A stretch of 48,944 nucleotides of DNA from Octopus bimaculoides (GCF_001194135.2 NC_068995.1:13630725-13679668); one strand, 5' to 3'; numbered from the stretch's first letter, positions 36,279 through 47,739 are shown. Numbers and translations: made by a program. Notes: generated by a model from the letters alone, not told the origin.

Positions 36279-37075
36279 NNNNNNNNNNNNNNNNNNNNNN
36301 NNNNNNNNNNNNNNNNNNNNNNNNNNNNNNNNNNNNNNNNNNNNNNNNNNNNNNNNNNNNNNNNNNNNNNNNNNNNNNNNNNNNNNNNNNNNNNNNNNNN
36401 NNNNNNNNNNNNNNNNNNNNNNNNNNNNNNNNNNNNNNNNNNNNNNNNNNNNNNNNNNNNNNNNNNNNNNNNNNNNNNNNNNNNNNNNNNNNNNNNNNNN
36501 NNNNNNNNNNNNNNNNNNNNNNNNNNNNNNNNNNNNNNNNNNNNNNNNNNNNNNNNNNNNNNNNNNNNNNNNNNNNNNNNNNNNNNNNNNNNNNNNNNNN
36601 NNNNNNNNNNNNNNNNNNNNNNNNNNNNNNNNNNNNNNNNNNNNNNNNNNNNNNNNNNNNNNNNNNNNNNNNNNNNNNNNNNNNNNNNNNNNNNNNNNNN
36701 NNNNNNNNNNNNNNNNNNNNNNNNNNNNNNNNNNNNNNNNNNNNNNNNNNNNNNNNNNNNNNNNNNNNNNNNNNNNNNNNNNNNNNNNNNNNNNNNNNNN
36801 NNNNNNNNNNNNNNNNNNNNNNNNNNNNNNNNNNNNNNNNNNNNNNNNNNNNNNNNNNNNNNNNNNNNNNNNNNNNNNNNNNNNNNNNNNNNNNNNNNNN
36901 NNNNNNNNNNNNNNNNNNNNNNNNNNNNNNNNNNNNNNNNNNNNNNNNNNNNNNNNNNNNNNNNNNNNNNNNNNNNNNNNNNNNNNNNNNNNNNNNNNNN
37001 NNNNNNNNNNNNNNNNNNNNNNNNNNNNNNNNNNNNNNNNNNNNNNNNNNNNNNNNNNNNNNNNNNNNNNNNNNN
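36279..37075. other. Assembly gap
   Basis: Run of N. Confidence 1.
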
Positions 37076-37370
37076 TGAAGGGTGCCGGAAAAATTATGAG
37101 CAGAATGAGAATTCTCGTTGGCTGATATCAGAAGAAAAAAAATGGGCTTGGATAAAGGATTAAAGCGATGTCTGGAGTAGTGATTACAATATGAACGACG
37201 GAAGGGGGAAACGTGAGTGAATAGGGTGGGTGGGTTTGAGTGGTGGTAGTACGAGATCAACCAGCTTCGAGGTGCAGAGGGTCACTAGCAGCGGTAGGAA
37301 GGGCACAGTAAGGAGACAGTACGTCTACGAGGTAGAAGTCAGAGTGCGTTAATGAGCGATTTCATGCTAA
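37076..37370 (-). mobile_element. LINE ORF2 C-terminal fragment (CR1/Jockey-like)
   Basis: RRRTVSLLC.SYR, LCTSKLVDLVLPP and NHYSR motifs. Confidence 0.55.
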
Positions 37371-37992
37371 TAGTGGAATCATAATAGAATCTAATAATTA
37401 CTGGACTATAAGGTTATATTGGCAATTATCAATAAATTAGAGACAAAAAAAAATGTTAGTTTGCCAAGATGGGAGGAACTATAAGCATTCCTTTTCCCCA
37501 CGGCAAACAAAATATTCTTGTTTTTGTGTGTGTGTGTTTAATTTCTACTTCTACTTTTACTTTCATTACTAGTGTTATTGATTAGACTTGTATCGGCTCT
37601 AAACAAGCAGACCTCAGATCAAAGACATTCCTATCGTAACCATCCTGCTTGATTTGTTTTTCAGAGACTGTTTAATAGGAGATTTTGATGCATTAGTTTC
37701 AAAGAACCTCCTTTATTCAGCGCCTCCTCGTCTTTAAAAATAAAACAAAATATTTAAAAGAAAACGACAGCTGGTGTGAGTTGAATGAGGTGCGGCTACT
37801 ATTTCTAGCAGGTCAAGTGACTATGTATGTACAGCAAGGGTTGAAAAGCTTGTTACTATCAGAGGCGTACTGTATGTGTGAGGAGCTGTAATGGGAGCGC
37901 ATATGTGATGAGAAAATAAAGAATCTAATTTGACAAATTCCTAGCTATACAACTTCTATTCAATTATTGTTTTTTTTAGTTACGTTTATGGG

Positions 37993-38181
37993 AATGGACT
38001 AAACAGACCAGAGGGAGACAGATGGGATGGAAGAGTCGCTGAAGAGGTCACAGATGTGCGACAAAAGATTTCCAGACAATGGACATAAGATAAAATAACA
38101 ACAATAATAAACGAGTGAAGAACGAATACGTAGTGCGTGTTCATTTGGCATGAAAAAATAAAATGACTATCCCGAAATACA
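37993..38181. mobile_element. Right half of the MITE family seen complete at 47987..48324
   Basis: atggactaaa..gggatgga.gagtc.ctgaaga..agatttcc..catttggca..tcccgaaataca aligns with 48119-48324. Confidence 0.7.
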
Positions 38182-38246
38182 AGGTTTTTTAGTTTTAAAG
38201 GCTTAGACCACTTTTTATTTATTTATTTATTTATTTTATACGTATA

Positions 38247-38636
38247 GGCGTGACTGTGGTAAGAAGCTTGCTTCCCAATCATATAGTTCCTAGTTCAGTC
38301 CCACTGCATGGCACCTTGCGTGTCTTCTACTTTATCCTCGGACCGACCGAAACCTTGTGAGTGGATTTGGTAGACGGAAACCGAAAGAAGCTCGTCACGC
38401 GCGCGCACGCGCACATACACATGTGTGTGTGTCTATGTTTGTCCTCCACCACCGCTTGACAACCGGCGTTGGTGTGTTTACGTCCCCGTAACTTAGCGTT
38501 CAGCAAAATATACTGATAGAATATGTACTTGGCTTTAAAAAAGTACTGGGGGCCGATTCATTCGACCACAAGTACTTTAAGGCGGTGCTCCAGCATGACC
38601 ACAGTCTAATGACTGAAACAAGTAAAAGATAAAAGA
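38247..38636 (+). mobile_element. SINE family A, near full length
   Basis: Head, core and AAAAGAT tail, with CpGs retained. Confidence 0.9.
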
Positions 38637-38859
38637 TTGGTTTTAGAGACTTCGTTGATAACCAGTCTCAAATTTTGAGTGTGGTCGAGACGGACCTCGT
38701 CCTCACATGAAGAGGTTTCTTCGCTTGCTCGTTATTTCAACGTTAGTCGGTCCGTGTAGTTAAAGGACAGTGTCCATAAATGTTTGATGATATCATCGTT
38801 TCGTACGTTGTTAACACAGTTATAAATTAGATTAAATATTTATAGTATTCGATCGATTG

Positions 38860-39210
38860 NNNNNNNNNNNNNNNNNNNNNNNNNNNNNNNNNNNNNNNNN
38901 NNNNNNNNNNNNNNNNNNNNNNNNNNNNNNNNNNNNNNNNNNNNNNNNNNNNNNNNNNNNNNNNNNNNNNNNNNNNNNNNNNNNNNNNNNNNNNNNNNNN
39001 NNNNNNNNNNNNNNNNNNNNNNNNNNNNNNNNNNNNNNNNNNNNNNNNNNNNNNNNNNNNNNNNNNNNNNNNNNNNNNNNNNNNNNNNNNNNNNNNNNNN
39101 NNNNNNNNNNNNNNNNNNNNNNNNNNNNNNNNNNNNNNNNNNNNNNNNNNNNNNNNNNNNNNNNNNNNNNNNNNNNNNNNNNNNNNNNNNNNNNNNNNNN
39201 NNNNNNNNNN
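38860..39210. other. Assembly gap
   Basis: Run of N. Confidence 1.
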
Positions 39211-39429
39211 TCTGCAGAAATTTTTCCGTATAGAAATCATTTAGTTTGCAACAAGTCCTCGGATTCAAAGTACTTTTTTTTTTTAATTTGAAAGTTTGAT
39301 TTCATTTGAAATAATTCTATTGATGAAACGGAATTAGCCAAATAACCAATAAAACAAGGATTTGGAACAGATTTAAATTTACTTTCTATACGTTTGGTAC
39401 GTATGACAATTATAGTTCGATATTTTTTC

Positions 39430-39560
39430 AGCCTTTTCGTACGTCATCTTGGAGAGGGAAAAAAAAAAAAAAATTTGCCGCGTTATTGGATAGCTTCAGG
39501 TTGCGGTCTTCGTCGGCCGAAGCGGCAGCTCTTAGCAAGTTTCCAATAACTGTGTTTTTA
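39430..39560 (+). promoter_or_regulatory. CpG-rich candidate promoter upstream of the Ig gene
   Basis: Unique-looking CpG cluster with a CRE-like TACGTCA and an ATTGG, about 600-700 bp upstream of the ATG. Confidence 0.35.
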
Positions 39561-39986
39561 TAAGAAATGTGTTTTTCGTTTACTGACTGACGGACTAGCA
39601 TTTTGAGAAAGGACTGTAAAGATGCAAATATTCTTTAATTTGAAAATTACAGCATACAATGTACTGAATCTATATTAGGTGAATTCCACTTTAAAAAAAG
39701 ATTCTCTCCTTTTCTTTCTTAGTTGCAGACGTTATATTTAAAGAAACCGCCATTTAAAGATTTTGGAGAGAGAAAGAAAAAATTATTTCGAAGATTCTGT
39801 TTATTTATTTGTTTATTGTCTGGCTGAAACGGTGAATAGTTTGGTATTGTAATTATTTATTTATAGTCTGGCAAATATATTGGAAAGGTCATAGTAGCTA
39901 ATGCAATAATCGTGAATTTACCTGCTTGCATGTCATCGACAGCAACAGACTTGTATTAACATAGAAGGAGAGTCCGGCTAATGCAA

Positions 39987-40014
39987 CCAATGAGAACCTG
40001 GTTGCTATGGTATT
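39987..40014 (+). promoter_or_regulatory. CCAAT box plus RFX X-box-like motif
   Basis: CCAAT at 39987-91. GTTGCTATGGTATT at 40001-14 matches GTHNYYATRRNAAC at 12 of 14 positions. Confidence 0.3.
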
Positions 40015-40108
40015 ATCGCTGCGCAGGTGAACTTATATTGTAGTTGGCATCAGTGACATAAGATGTAAGAATGCGTGGATTACTGCTGAAGATTATTTCA
40101 AAACTTTC

Positions 40109-40136
40109 CTAACACCTTTTCCTGTTTATCTGTCAG
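40109..40136 (+). promoter_or_regulatory. Branch point, polypyrimidine tract and 3' splice site before the coding exon
   Basis: CTAAC at 40109, then cctttttcctgtttatctgtCAG ending 17 nt before GCCATGG. Candidate donors at 40027 and 40065. Confidence 0.6.
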
Positions 40137-40153
40137 TATCTCACCGGAAAGCC

Positions 40154-41263
40154 ATGGAAAGAAGCATCAACATAGCATCTCTCGTGTTGCTCAGCATTGC
40201 ATACTTGTTACCACTGGTTGTCGATGTTTATGGAACGAACAGTAATCCCCATGAAGAGAAGAACATGTTTGCACGTTCTTCACCTCCTCCTTCTCACCAT
40301 AAATCGAGCAGTTTAATTGACTGCATGGATTCACCTTGTGCGAAAGTGGAATCAGTGACAACTAAAACAGAGTTTATCAACGATATTGGCAAAATAAGAC
40401 AAGAACTAATTTCCGAAAATGAGAGAAGCAACAACATAAGCATCCAAAAACAACACAAACTAACTGTTGAAAGCCCACAAATGTTATATTTACATCAACC
40501 GCGAAGAGGAGTACGCAGATACAGACAAGTTAGAGAAGATAAAAGAGTTGCCAAGAATAATACTTTCAAATCGATATCTAATGAAACAAAAAAGATGTAT
40601 TTCGAAACTAATCTCAGCAAAAGCAGACGACCAACTACTAATACAAGAAATATAACCAGACAAAAGATCCAGAGTGTGATAGCGGAATCGGCGGCGACTA
40701 CCTTAGTGGCGAGTGCTACTGTTACCGTGCTAACATTTGATAATACATCGGAAATCGGACTCGATCAGTTCTACGACGACATGGCACCTACTGATATCTA
40801 TTTTGTGAAGAAACCTCCGAATACAGACGCGTCAGAAATCGGCAACACACTGACCTACGACTGTGAGGTGGATACATCAAACTTGACCGTCAACCCAGAA
40901 ATCTACTGGACTATACCTGGCATGAGTTCAAGGGAGGAGAAAGTATCTGAGGATCTTTACGCAGGGGACTTTCGCAAGGACATTTTCGTCACATCCAATC
41001 ATTCTCTGGTGATCAAAAATGTCCGCAGGGAACACAAGGGTATATATAAATGTGTGGTGACTGTAGGACAGTATACTCAAATAGTATCGGTAGCACTAAG
41101 CGTTAATAAAAAGACTAAATTCGAACTGTTGATACGTTTAGTTGTTGGCTTTTCGGCGGCACTTGTTGTCATCGTGGTATTCGGTTCTCTTTGGATTGTT
41201 TTGCGAATTCTTAAAAATAGAAAAAGTCGATATATCCAGTGTAACCTTCATGAGTCTTTATAG
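40154..41263 (+). CDS. Type I membrane protein with a single Ig domain (369 aa), uninterrupted CDS
   Basis: Strong Kozak GCCATGG and signal peptide at about aa 1-27. Ig signature C237, W252, SLVIKNV and GIYKC300. TM helix at about aa 325-350 followed by KNRK. Eight N-X-S/T sequons and no stops in 1110 bp. Confidence 0.92.
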   Translation: MERSINIASLVLLSIAYLLPLVVDVYGTNSNPHEEKNMFARSSPPPSHHKSSSLIDCMDSPCAKVESVTTKTEFINDIGKIRQELISENERSNNISIQKQHKLTVESPQMLYLHQPRRGVRRYRQVREDKRVAKNNTFKSISNETKKMYFETNLSKSRRPTTNTRNITRQKIQSVIAESAATTLVASATVTVLTFDNTSEIGLDQFYDDMAPTDIYFVKKPPNTDASEIGNTLTYDCEVDTSNLTVNPEIYWTIPGMSSREEKVSEDLYAGDFRKDIFVTSNHSLVIKNVRREHKGIYKCVVTVGQYTQIVSVALSVNKKTKFELLIRLVVGFSAALVVIVVFGSLWIVLRILKNRKSRYIQCNLHESL

Positions 41264-41574
41264 TTTCTTCGGCCTTTTTAAAAGAATTTTTTTTTCTTTT
41301 TTGGCTAGGAATCTTGTATTGAGCAACTAGTGTAAAAGACAGAAGAAAAAAAAAAAGTGTTTTGGAAGTATTGAAATGTTGATCTTTGATTTTGTTTTAC
41401 CGTACACATTTGTAAATGCTACATACTTCATAACTATTAGCATTGTTACAGCATAGTGAAATATCTTTGTATAAATAGTGATACTGTCTGTCCTTCATCA
41501 TTAACATATCATCGTGGAAATAACATTCCTTTTGTTGTAGTGTCTCCTTCTTCAACAACTGTTATCATGTATGT

Positions 41575-41597
41575 GTATGTATGAATACATGTGTGTA

Positions 41598-41654
<57 letters not shown>
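41575..41654. repeat. (ATGT)n/(AT)n microsatellite
   Basis: Directly visible. Confidence 0.95.
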
Positions 41655-41657
<3 letters not shown>

Positions 41658-42175
41658 CATGAGAGCTGTTTGAGAGAAGAAAAATTGAAGAACATGTTTT
41701 TTAATTGAAAAAAAAAGCGCATCCCCCAAACCCAACAATTCTAAGTTTAAACCAATATATTTTTGTACATGGGAAAATTTATATGAAAATTGAGGAAAAA
41801 AAAATTTATTCGTTTTTATTTTTAGAAGCTATGTTAGTAATTAACGTGAAATCTTTTTTTTTGTATATATTTATCTTAATATATACATTATAAAGTTTTA
41901 AAAAATTCGATTTTGTTAAACCAACATATATGTGTACGTATGTATGTATGTATGTTATGTATGTATGTATGTAGTGTTAGTTTTATTATTGTTTTTATTA
42001 CCAATGTTTATATAAACATGTATATATATATATTTTTATACTTGATGGACCATTCGAAATTCACTGAATGATATCGCTATTCCTCAGTTTAATATTGGTG
42101 CTTGTCATAAACAATTAACACTAGATAAAAGTAGTTTTCAGCGCTGTAGAGTGTCAGCCGCTTTTTGATATATAT

Positions 42176-42447
42176 CGCGCGCGCGCGCGCAGATACACAG
42201 ACCTACAAACCAACCATGCCACATACATAGGCACGCGCACCGCGTTCGTGTGTGCGTTCGTTCGCATGATTCGCGCACGCGTCACTTTCATATGCACGCG
42301 CACTTTTCAGCGTAAACGTCTGATTGATATGTGGGCGTGTATATATTATGTATGCATGCGCGTGCGTGTATTTGTATGACGATTGCATGCATATGTGCGC
42401 GCGTGCATGTGTATGCATGCATGTATGTACGTATGTATGCATGTATG

Positions 42448-42481
<34 letters not shown>

Positions 42482-42660
42482 ACATATATATATGTACACT
42501 TGTTTGCATATATTTAAATACTAATGTATGCAGGTATATACATACATACATACATATACATACATGCATTCACACATACATGTGTGTATGTGTGTATGTT
42601 CTTTTGCATGTGTATCTGATTACACATACACGTGTGTGTGTGTGTGTGTGTATGGTGTGT
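42176..42660. repeat. (CG)7 run followed by a compound alternating purine-pyrimidine tract
   Basis: CGCGCGCGCGCGCGC at 42176-42190, then GC/AC/AT/GT dinucleotide repeats. Confidence 0.9.
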
Positions 42661-42841
42661 GCATGTGATATAATAATTAAATTGACACTACATTGTTATA
42701 ACAATTCTTATTGCGAATTTATTGTGAATATTGTCTCTCATTGCGAATTATGTATATATATATTATTATATATTTATATTTCTATACTTTTTTTTAGATA
42801 AAGCAAAGGGAAAATTGAAATTTGTTTTTACATATTTGTAG

Positions 42842-42875
<34 letters not shown>

Positions 42876-44205
42876 AATCATGTATATTTCTGGAATGCTT
42901 ATTTAAGAAGAATATTTATGTTGTTAATGAAATGTTGTCAAAGAGTAAGCTAGTCGCTAACATCTTATGGTTATTGTGGTTATCTATTATTAATTACTCT
43001 GTTGTCGTGCGAATAATTATTGATAGAAATGGCTTAAAACTAAAAAGTATCGAAAAAAAAAGATAAACAAAAAAACCGCAATCCTTCTGCTTTTCATCAA
43101 CTTTCTGCAAAACGGATTAATTATTTGTGATTAATCTCTCTTAATTGGTGGTCGATTGATCATTAATTGATTTTGTTTAATCTGCTACTGCTGCTGCTGT
43201 TGCACGCAGTTTTGTTTGAACGGGAAAATTTGGGCATTTTACTAATCAGATAGATGTTATTAAAAATAATGTCTTTTATTGCGGGGGCGGGCGTGCTATT
43301 GTTCAAAATTTCAAGCACACCCCATTTCCTCCTTTGAAAGACGGCAGGGAAATTCGTTGAAGGTGATTTGGGGGAGAGGGCGAGGGGGGAGCTGCTTGTA
43401 CAACAGCAAGCGGTTTGTTGGTGTTATTTAACCCTTGGTCAACCTTGATCGAACAGACCAATGATGTAAAGACATCTTAATCATAAGATTTATTATTATT
43501 ATTATTATTATTTTTTAACAAGGTAGGACTGTTATATCCAATGAGTCCACTTTTCTTTGAGGTGGTGGTGGTGGTGGTGGTAGTGTTTGTGATTCGAAGG
43601 AGATTTGGTTGCTAGCGACCGTATAGAGACTCCCCAGCAGATCGAACAACTACGTAGAAGCTCGATTCCACCCTGCTCGTTGTTATTGTCATTATTGTTA
43701 TTGTCAACCCTGATGGAACAAACCTATGATCCTATTTTTTCAGGCTATGTAACACTACAATATCCAGTGTGTCCTTTCCTTTATTTAAGAAAACAGGGTT
43801 TCATTCGAGGGAGATTTGGCTGCTGTTTCCAGCACGAAAAGGATCCCTCTCCCCCAATCTCCTCTCCCTAAGTTGTGTGTGTGTGTGTGTGTGTGAAACA
43901 CCCTAGCTAGATAACCTATTTTATTGGTGTCTTCTATATCGGGTGAAAAGATATGATAAAAGATTCATTGTGGAAATCTCACAGTGTTAATAGATGTTCT
44001 ATGTTAATGTGTCACCCACAAGACAATCAGCGCCAAATTCGTTTATGTATAACTATCGATTGCTTTCAGTGATCACACAACTCTGTTAAAAGTTCACTAA
44101 TTGCTTGATTAGAGTTATCTATTGTTGTCATAGTGTCTATTGTATTGTCTATTGAAAATATATCGATCATATTTGTAGATAGATGTGTATAATTTTAAAG
44201 ACATG

Positions 44206-44206
<1 letters not shown>

Positions 44207-44237
<31 letters not shown>

Positions 44238-44487
44238 CTGTATATATGTACGTATGTCTTATATACACACATAAATGTACATAGCCGTGTATATACATAT
44301 ATATGTCTGCATTTGCATGTGTGTATATGTGTGTGTGTGTGTGTATATATATATGTATATATATATATATATATATGTATAGATATGTAAATATATATGT
44401 GTGTTGATTGTTGATATGTATGTATGAATGTGTATATGAGTATGTATATAAGTATATGTATGTGTATTCATGTACATGATAGCTATA

Positions 44488-44534
<47 letters not shown>

Positions 44535-44545
44535 TAGTAAAATGT
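44207..44545. repeat. Compound (CA)n/(TG)n/(AT)n microsatellite
   Basis: Directly visible. Confidence 0.95.
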
Positions 44546-44960
44546 GTGTACAATATTTATCTGCTTGATGGAAATTGTTATATTTTTTTATCCAGAAACA
44601 AAGGAGTATATATATACATTAACTTAGTTGTCTACACAGTGATAGAAATTGTAAATCATTGTTGAAGATGTAACTTATGATTACTGTTCTGTTTTTTTTT
44701 TTTTAATTTAAGCTGCATTTTTTGTTTTTGGTATTAAAATATTTTTGTATAATTTTATAATAGTTGAAATATCAGATGAATAAATATATCCAGTTGATAT
44801 TCTGACAAAATGCCTTTTATTTCATTTAATGATGTGTGTTACGTTTTTTTTTTTTTAAATCTCACAAGTTTGTATTTCCAAGTTGATTTACTGAACTAAA
44901 AATCAGATGTGAAATTTGAAAAAGTTTAGCATGTTAACTTTTTAATTTGAACTTTGCTCA

Positions 44961-45413
44961 CATCATCATTGTCATCATCATCATCATTTTAATGTTCACT
45001 TTTCCATGCTCACATAGATCTGGCAGAATTGAGGCAGATTTTCTACAGTTGGATATTTTTCCATGGAAGATTGGAAACAAAAGACACCACCTGTATGATG
45101 GTGACACTTGTTTACACCAAATCACACAATGTCAAGACAATGAGATAATAACTCTCTATATCTCTCTCTCTCACACATACACACAAGATCACACTCACAC
45201 TTATACATTACAGACACATGTATATCTATCCACACACACACACACTGGATTTGTTTCAGTTTCCATCTACCAGATTTCCTCACAAGGCTTTGATTGGCCT
45301 GGGGCTATAGTAGAAGGCGTTTGTCCAAGGTGCAACACAGTGGGATTGAATCTAAAGCCAAGTGAGTTGGGAAGCAACCTCCTTTTAATCACACAGTCAT
45401 GCCTGCATCTATA
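44961..45413 (-). mobile_element. SINE family B, decayed
   Basis: (CAT)n tail, RTE-like segment, core and head. Confidence 0.75.
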
Positions 45414-45789
45414 GGCCACATTTTCAAATTCTATATGTCTATATATATTTTTTAAATTTTATTTTATGGTTTAATCATATGAAACAAAGCAGCACCGTTA
45501 ACTGTTTTTGCAAAACTTCTAAATATCGTTGGAAGAAACTTGGATAAAGATCACATCTAATGTAATAGATTATCCTTATATTCAAGTCTTGGTCTGAATG
45601 CTTATGACTGTGGGATTCTACTAAAGACACCCTAAGGCACGCCCACGTGACATTCCCACCTCTGATTTATTTCAGTTTATCACATTCTGTCATCTTCCTG
45701 AAACTACCAAAAGACACTTGCTCAATATTTTATGTAAGTTTATAATTGAATTTCTTAACCACTTGACCATATCGTAATATTGCTAACTA

Positions 45790-46648
45790 CAGGGTATAAA
45801 TGTTAAATTTGGCAGTTTGGATAATAGGAAAAGAAAATACAATTTTCCATCCAAAAACAAAAGTATTTTAAATCACAAAATATCGACTAGATTATGGCTG
45901 GGAGATAACAGTTTACCCAAAGTAGCCACCCTACAGCTTCAATTATGGCTTCAAGATGGTTCCAGAACCTTGTGCATACAAGTTCTTACTGTGTCCCTGG
46001 AAAATCTTTAAACATCTTGATCTTGGCCACCAGCTTGGCCTTGGTGCTGCAGGTAGAGCAGTTGGTGTCCTCAACCACACTGAACACATTGTCATCTATG
46101 GGATTACAGTTGAGGGAATTAGAAAGCCAGAATTCTCTGATAACCACTTCTGACTCTTTCTGGAGGTATGGCAAGGAGCTGAATTCTGCTGCTACACATA
46201 TGGCCTTCCAGTAGCAACTTCCTTCAGCCAGGATTAGACCACAAGTCTTCAGCAGCTTCACATAACTGTTTGAATTGAGCCTAAGGCCCTATTCAAAGAT
46301 GTGGGGTGGCATGACATCACCTTCACTGGAGACACACCCAAAATCATTACAATTTGGAGGAACTTGGTTTTCACGATGTCTATGTCATGTCTTACTGCCT
46401 TTACAGTGTTCACAGAGCATTGAGCAGCAGTCATGATGTCAGCATTTTGATACCTAGTGCGAATCAAAATGATACAGGTAACTCTTTTCCAATTTTCAGG
46501 ATACCAGTCCCTCATGTCAGCTGACTTTTTTTGAACTACAACTTTAGTCTTTCTGCGTGCCAACGTCCTTGACTATTCATCAATACATCAAGCTATTCCT
46601 GAAAAAAAAAATGCAGATAAAAAAAGCAAGTTTAGGCTGAACACCTTG
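45790..46648 (-). mobile_element. Internally deleted, decayed Tc1/mariner element, maT/DD37D type
   Basis: TKFLQIVMILGV, DVMPPHIFE, GRPYV*QQNSAPCHTSRKSQKWL, NSLNCNPID and RFWNHLEAIIEA. Degenerate TIRs TA-CAGGGT / ACCTTG-TA. Confidence 0.8.
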
Positions 46649-46799
46649 TATACAACATATTGCAGATATTGATCTGATCTTTTGCCTGCTAACCCAGTGT
46701 TTTTCACAGATGTGGGGGAATGGGCTATCCCTATGGAGAGGCCTGTGAGGATTAAAAAGGCAGAAAACAAATTGACATCTTTCATCTTATATTTCAATC

Positions 46800-47100
46800 A
46801 TACTTATTCTTCAGTCTTTGGACTGTGGCCATGCTTGGGCACCACCTTGAAGAGTTTTAATCAAACAAATTGACTCAATACCTATTTTTTAACTCTGCTA
46901 TATATTTTATTAATCTCTTTTGCTAAGCTGCTAAATTACAGAGACATAAACAAACCAACACAGGCTGTCAAATGGAGGTAGTGGGTGTCAAAAGCATGTA
47001 TACACTCACACACACACACTTTCTGTCTGCCAAATTTATTCACAAGGCATTGGTTAGCCCTGGAGCATTAGAAGAAAATATTTGCCCAGATCACCACCAC
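46800..47100 (-). mobile_element. SINE family A, decayed
   Basis: ttcagtc..gactgtggccatgct..gcaccacc tail plus core. Confidence 0.65.
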
Positions 47101-47739
47101 AGTGAAGAAAGAAGAATTATATGGATGCAAACTTCATTTTGTATTCTCATTAAAAATGAGGGGTGTGTAATTAGTCCAGAACTTTTGTTTGAGAACCACT
47201 ACTCAAGGTAGTCCCATCTCCCAATTATATTTCAACTGAGTGTGTGCGCGCACACACACACACATTTTAATGATTGTTTTTATGTTCAGTTATGCTAAAA
47301 ACAATTTTACATTATAATCTGTTGAGTATAAATTTACTCTTCTTAAAAAAAAGAATAGTATTTGACAAGTGACTTAAAAGTTTCACCCAGCTAAGCCATT
47401 GTTGGACTGCAGTGCATTGAAGTTAATCTAGTCTCTAATACATTAAAATCTTTCTTGGGTATCTGGATTTGAGTGAAGTGGTTATTGGGCTGAAGGGTGA
47501 ATTGTGATGAAGAATCGTTTTGGAGAAACAAACAAAACAAACCCAAGAAAGATTTTAACTCAACAGAAACCATATAAAACCAAGATGACTTAGCTGGCCA
47601 AAAATTCAGACATTAATATTCTTGTTTAAGAATATATATGTTCTTATTCTTTCTTTTATTCTTTTACTCGTTTCAGTCATATGACAATGGCCATGCTGGA
47701 GCACTGCATTTAGTCAGTAACCTCGTGGACATCGGTGGT

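Noticed and set aside
41225-41245. SRYIQC in the cytoplasmic tail as an ITIM
   Set aside because: The Y+3 residue is Cys rather than I/V/L, so it fails the consensus.
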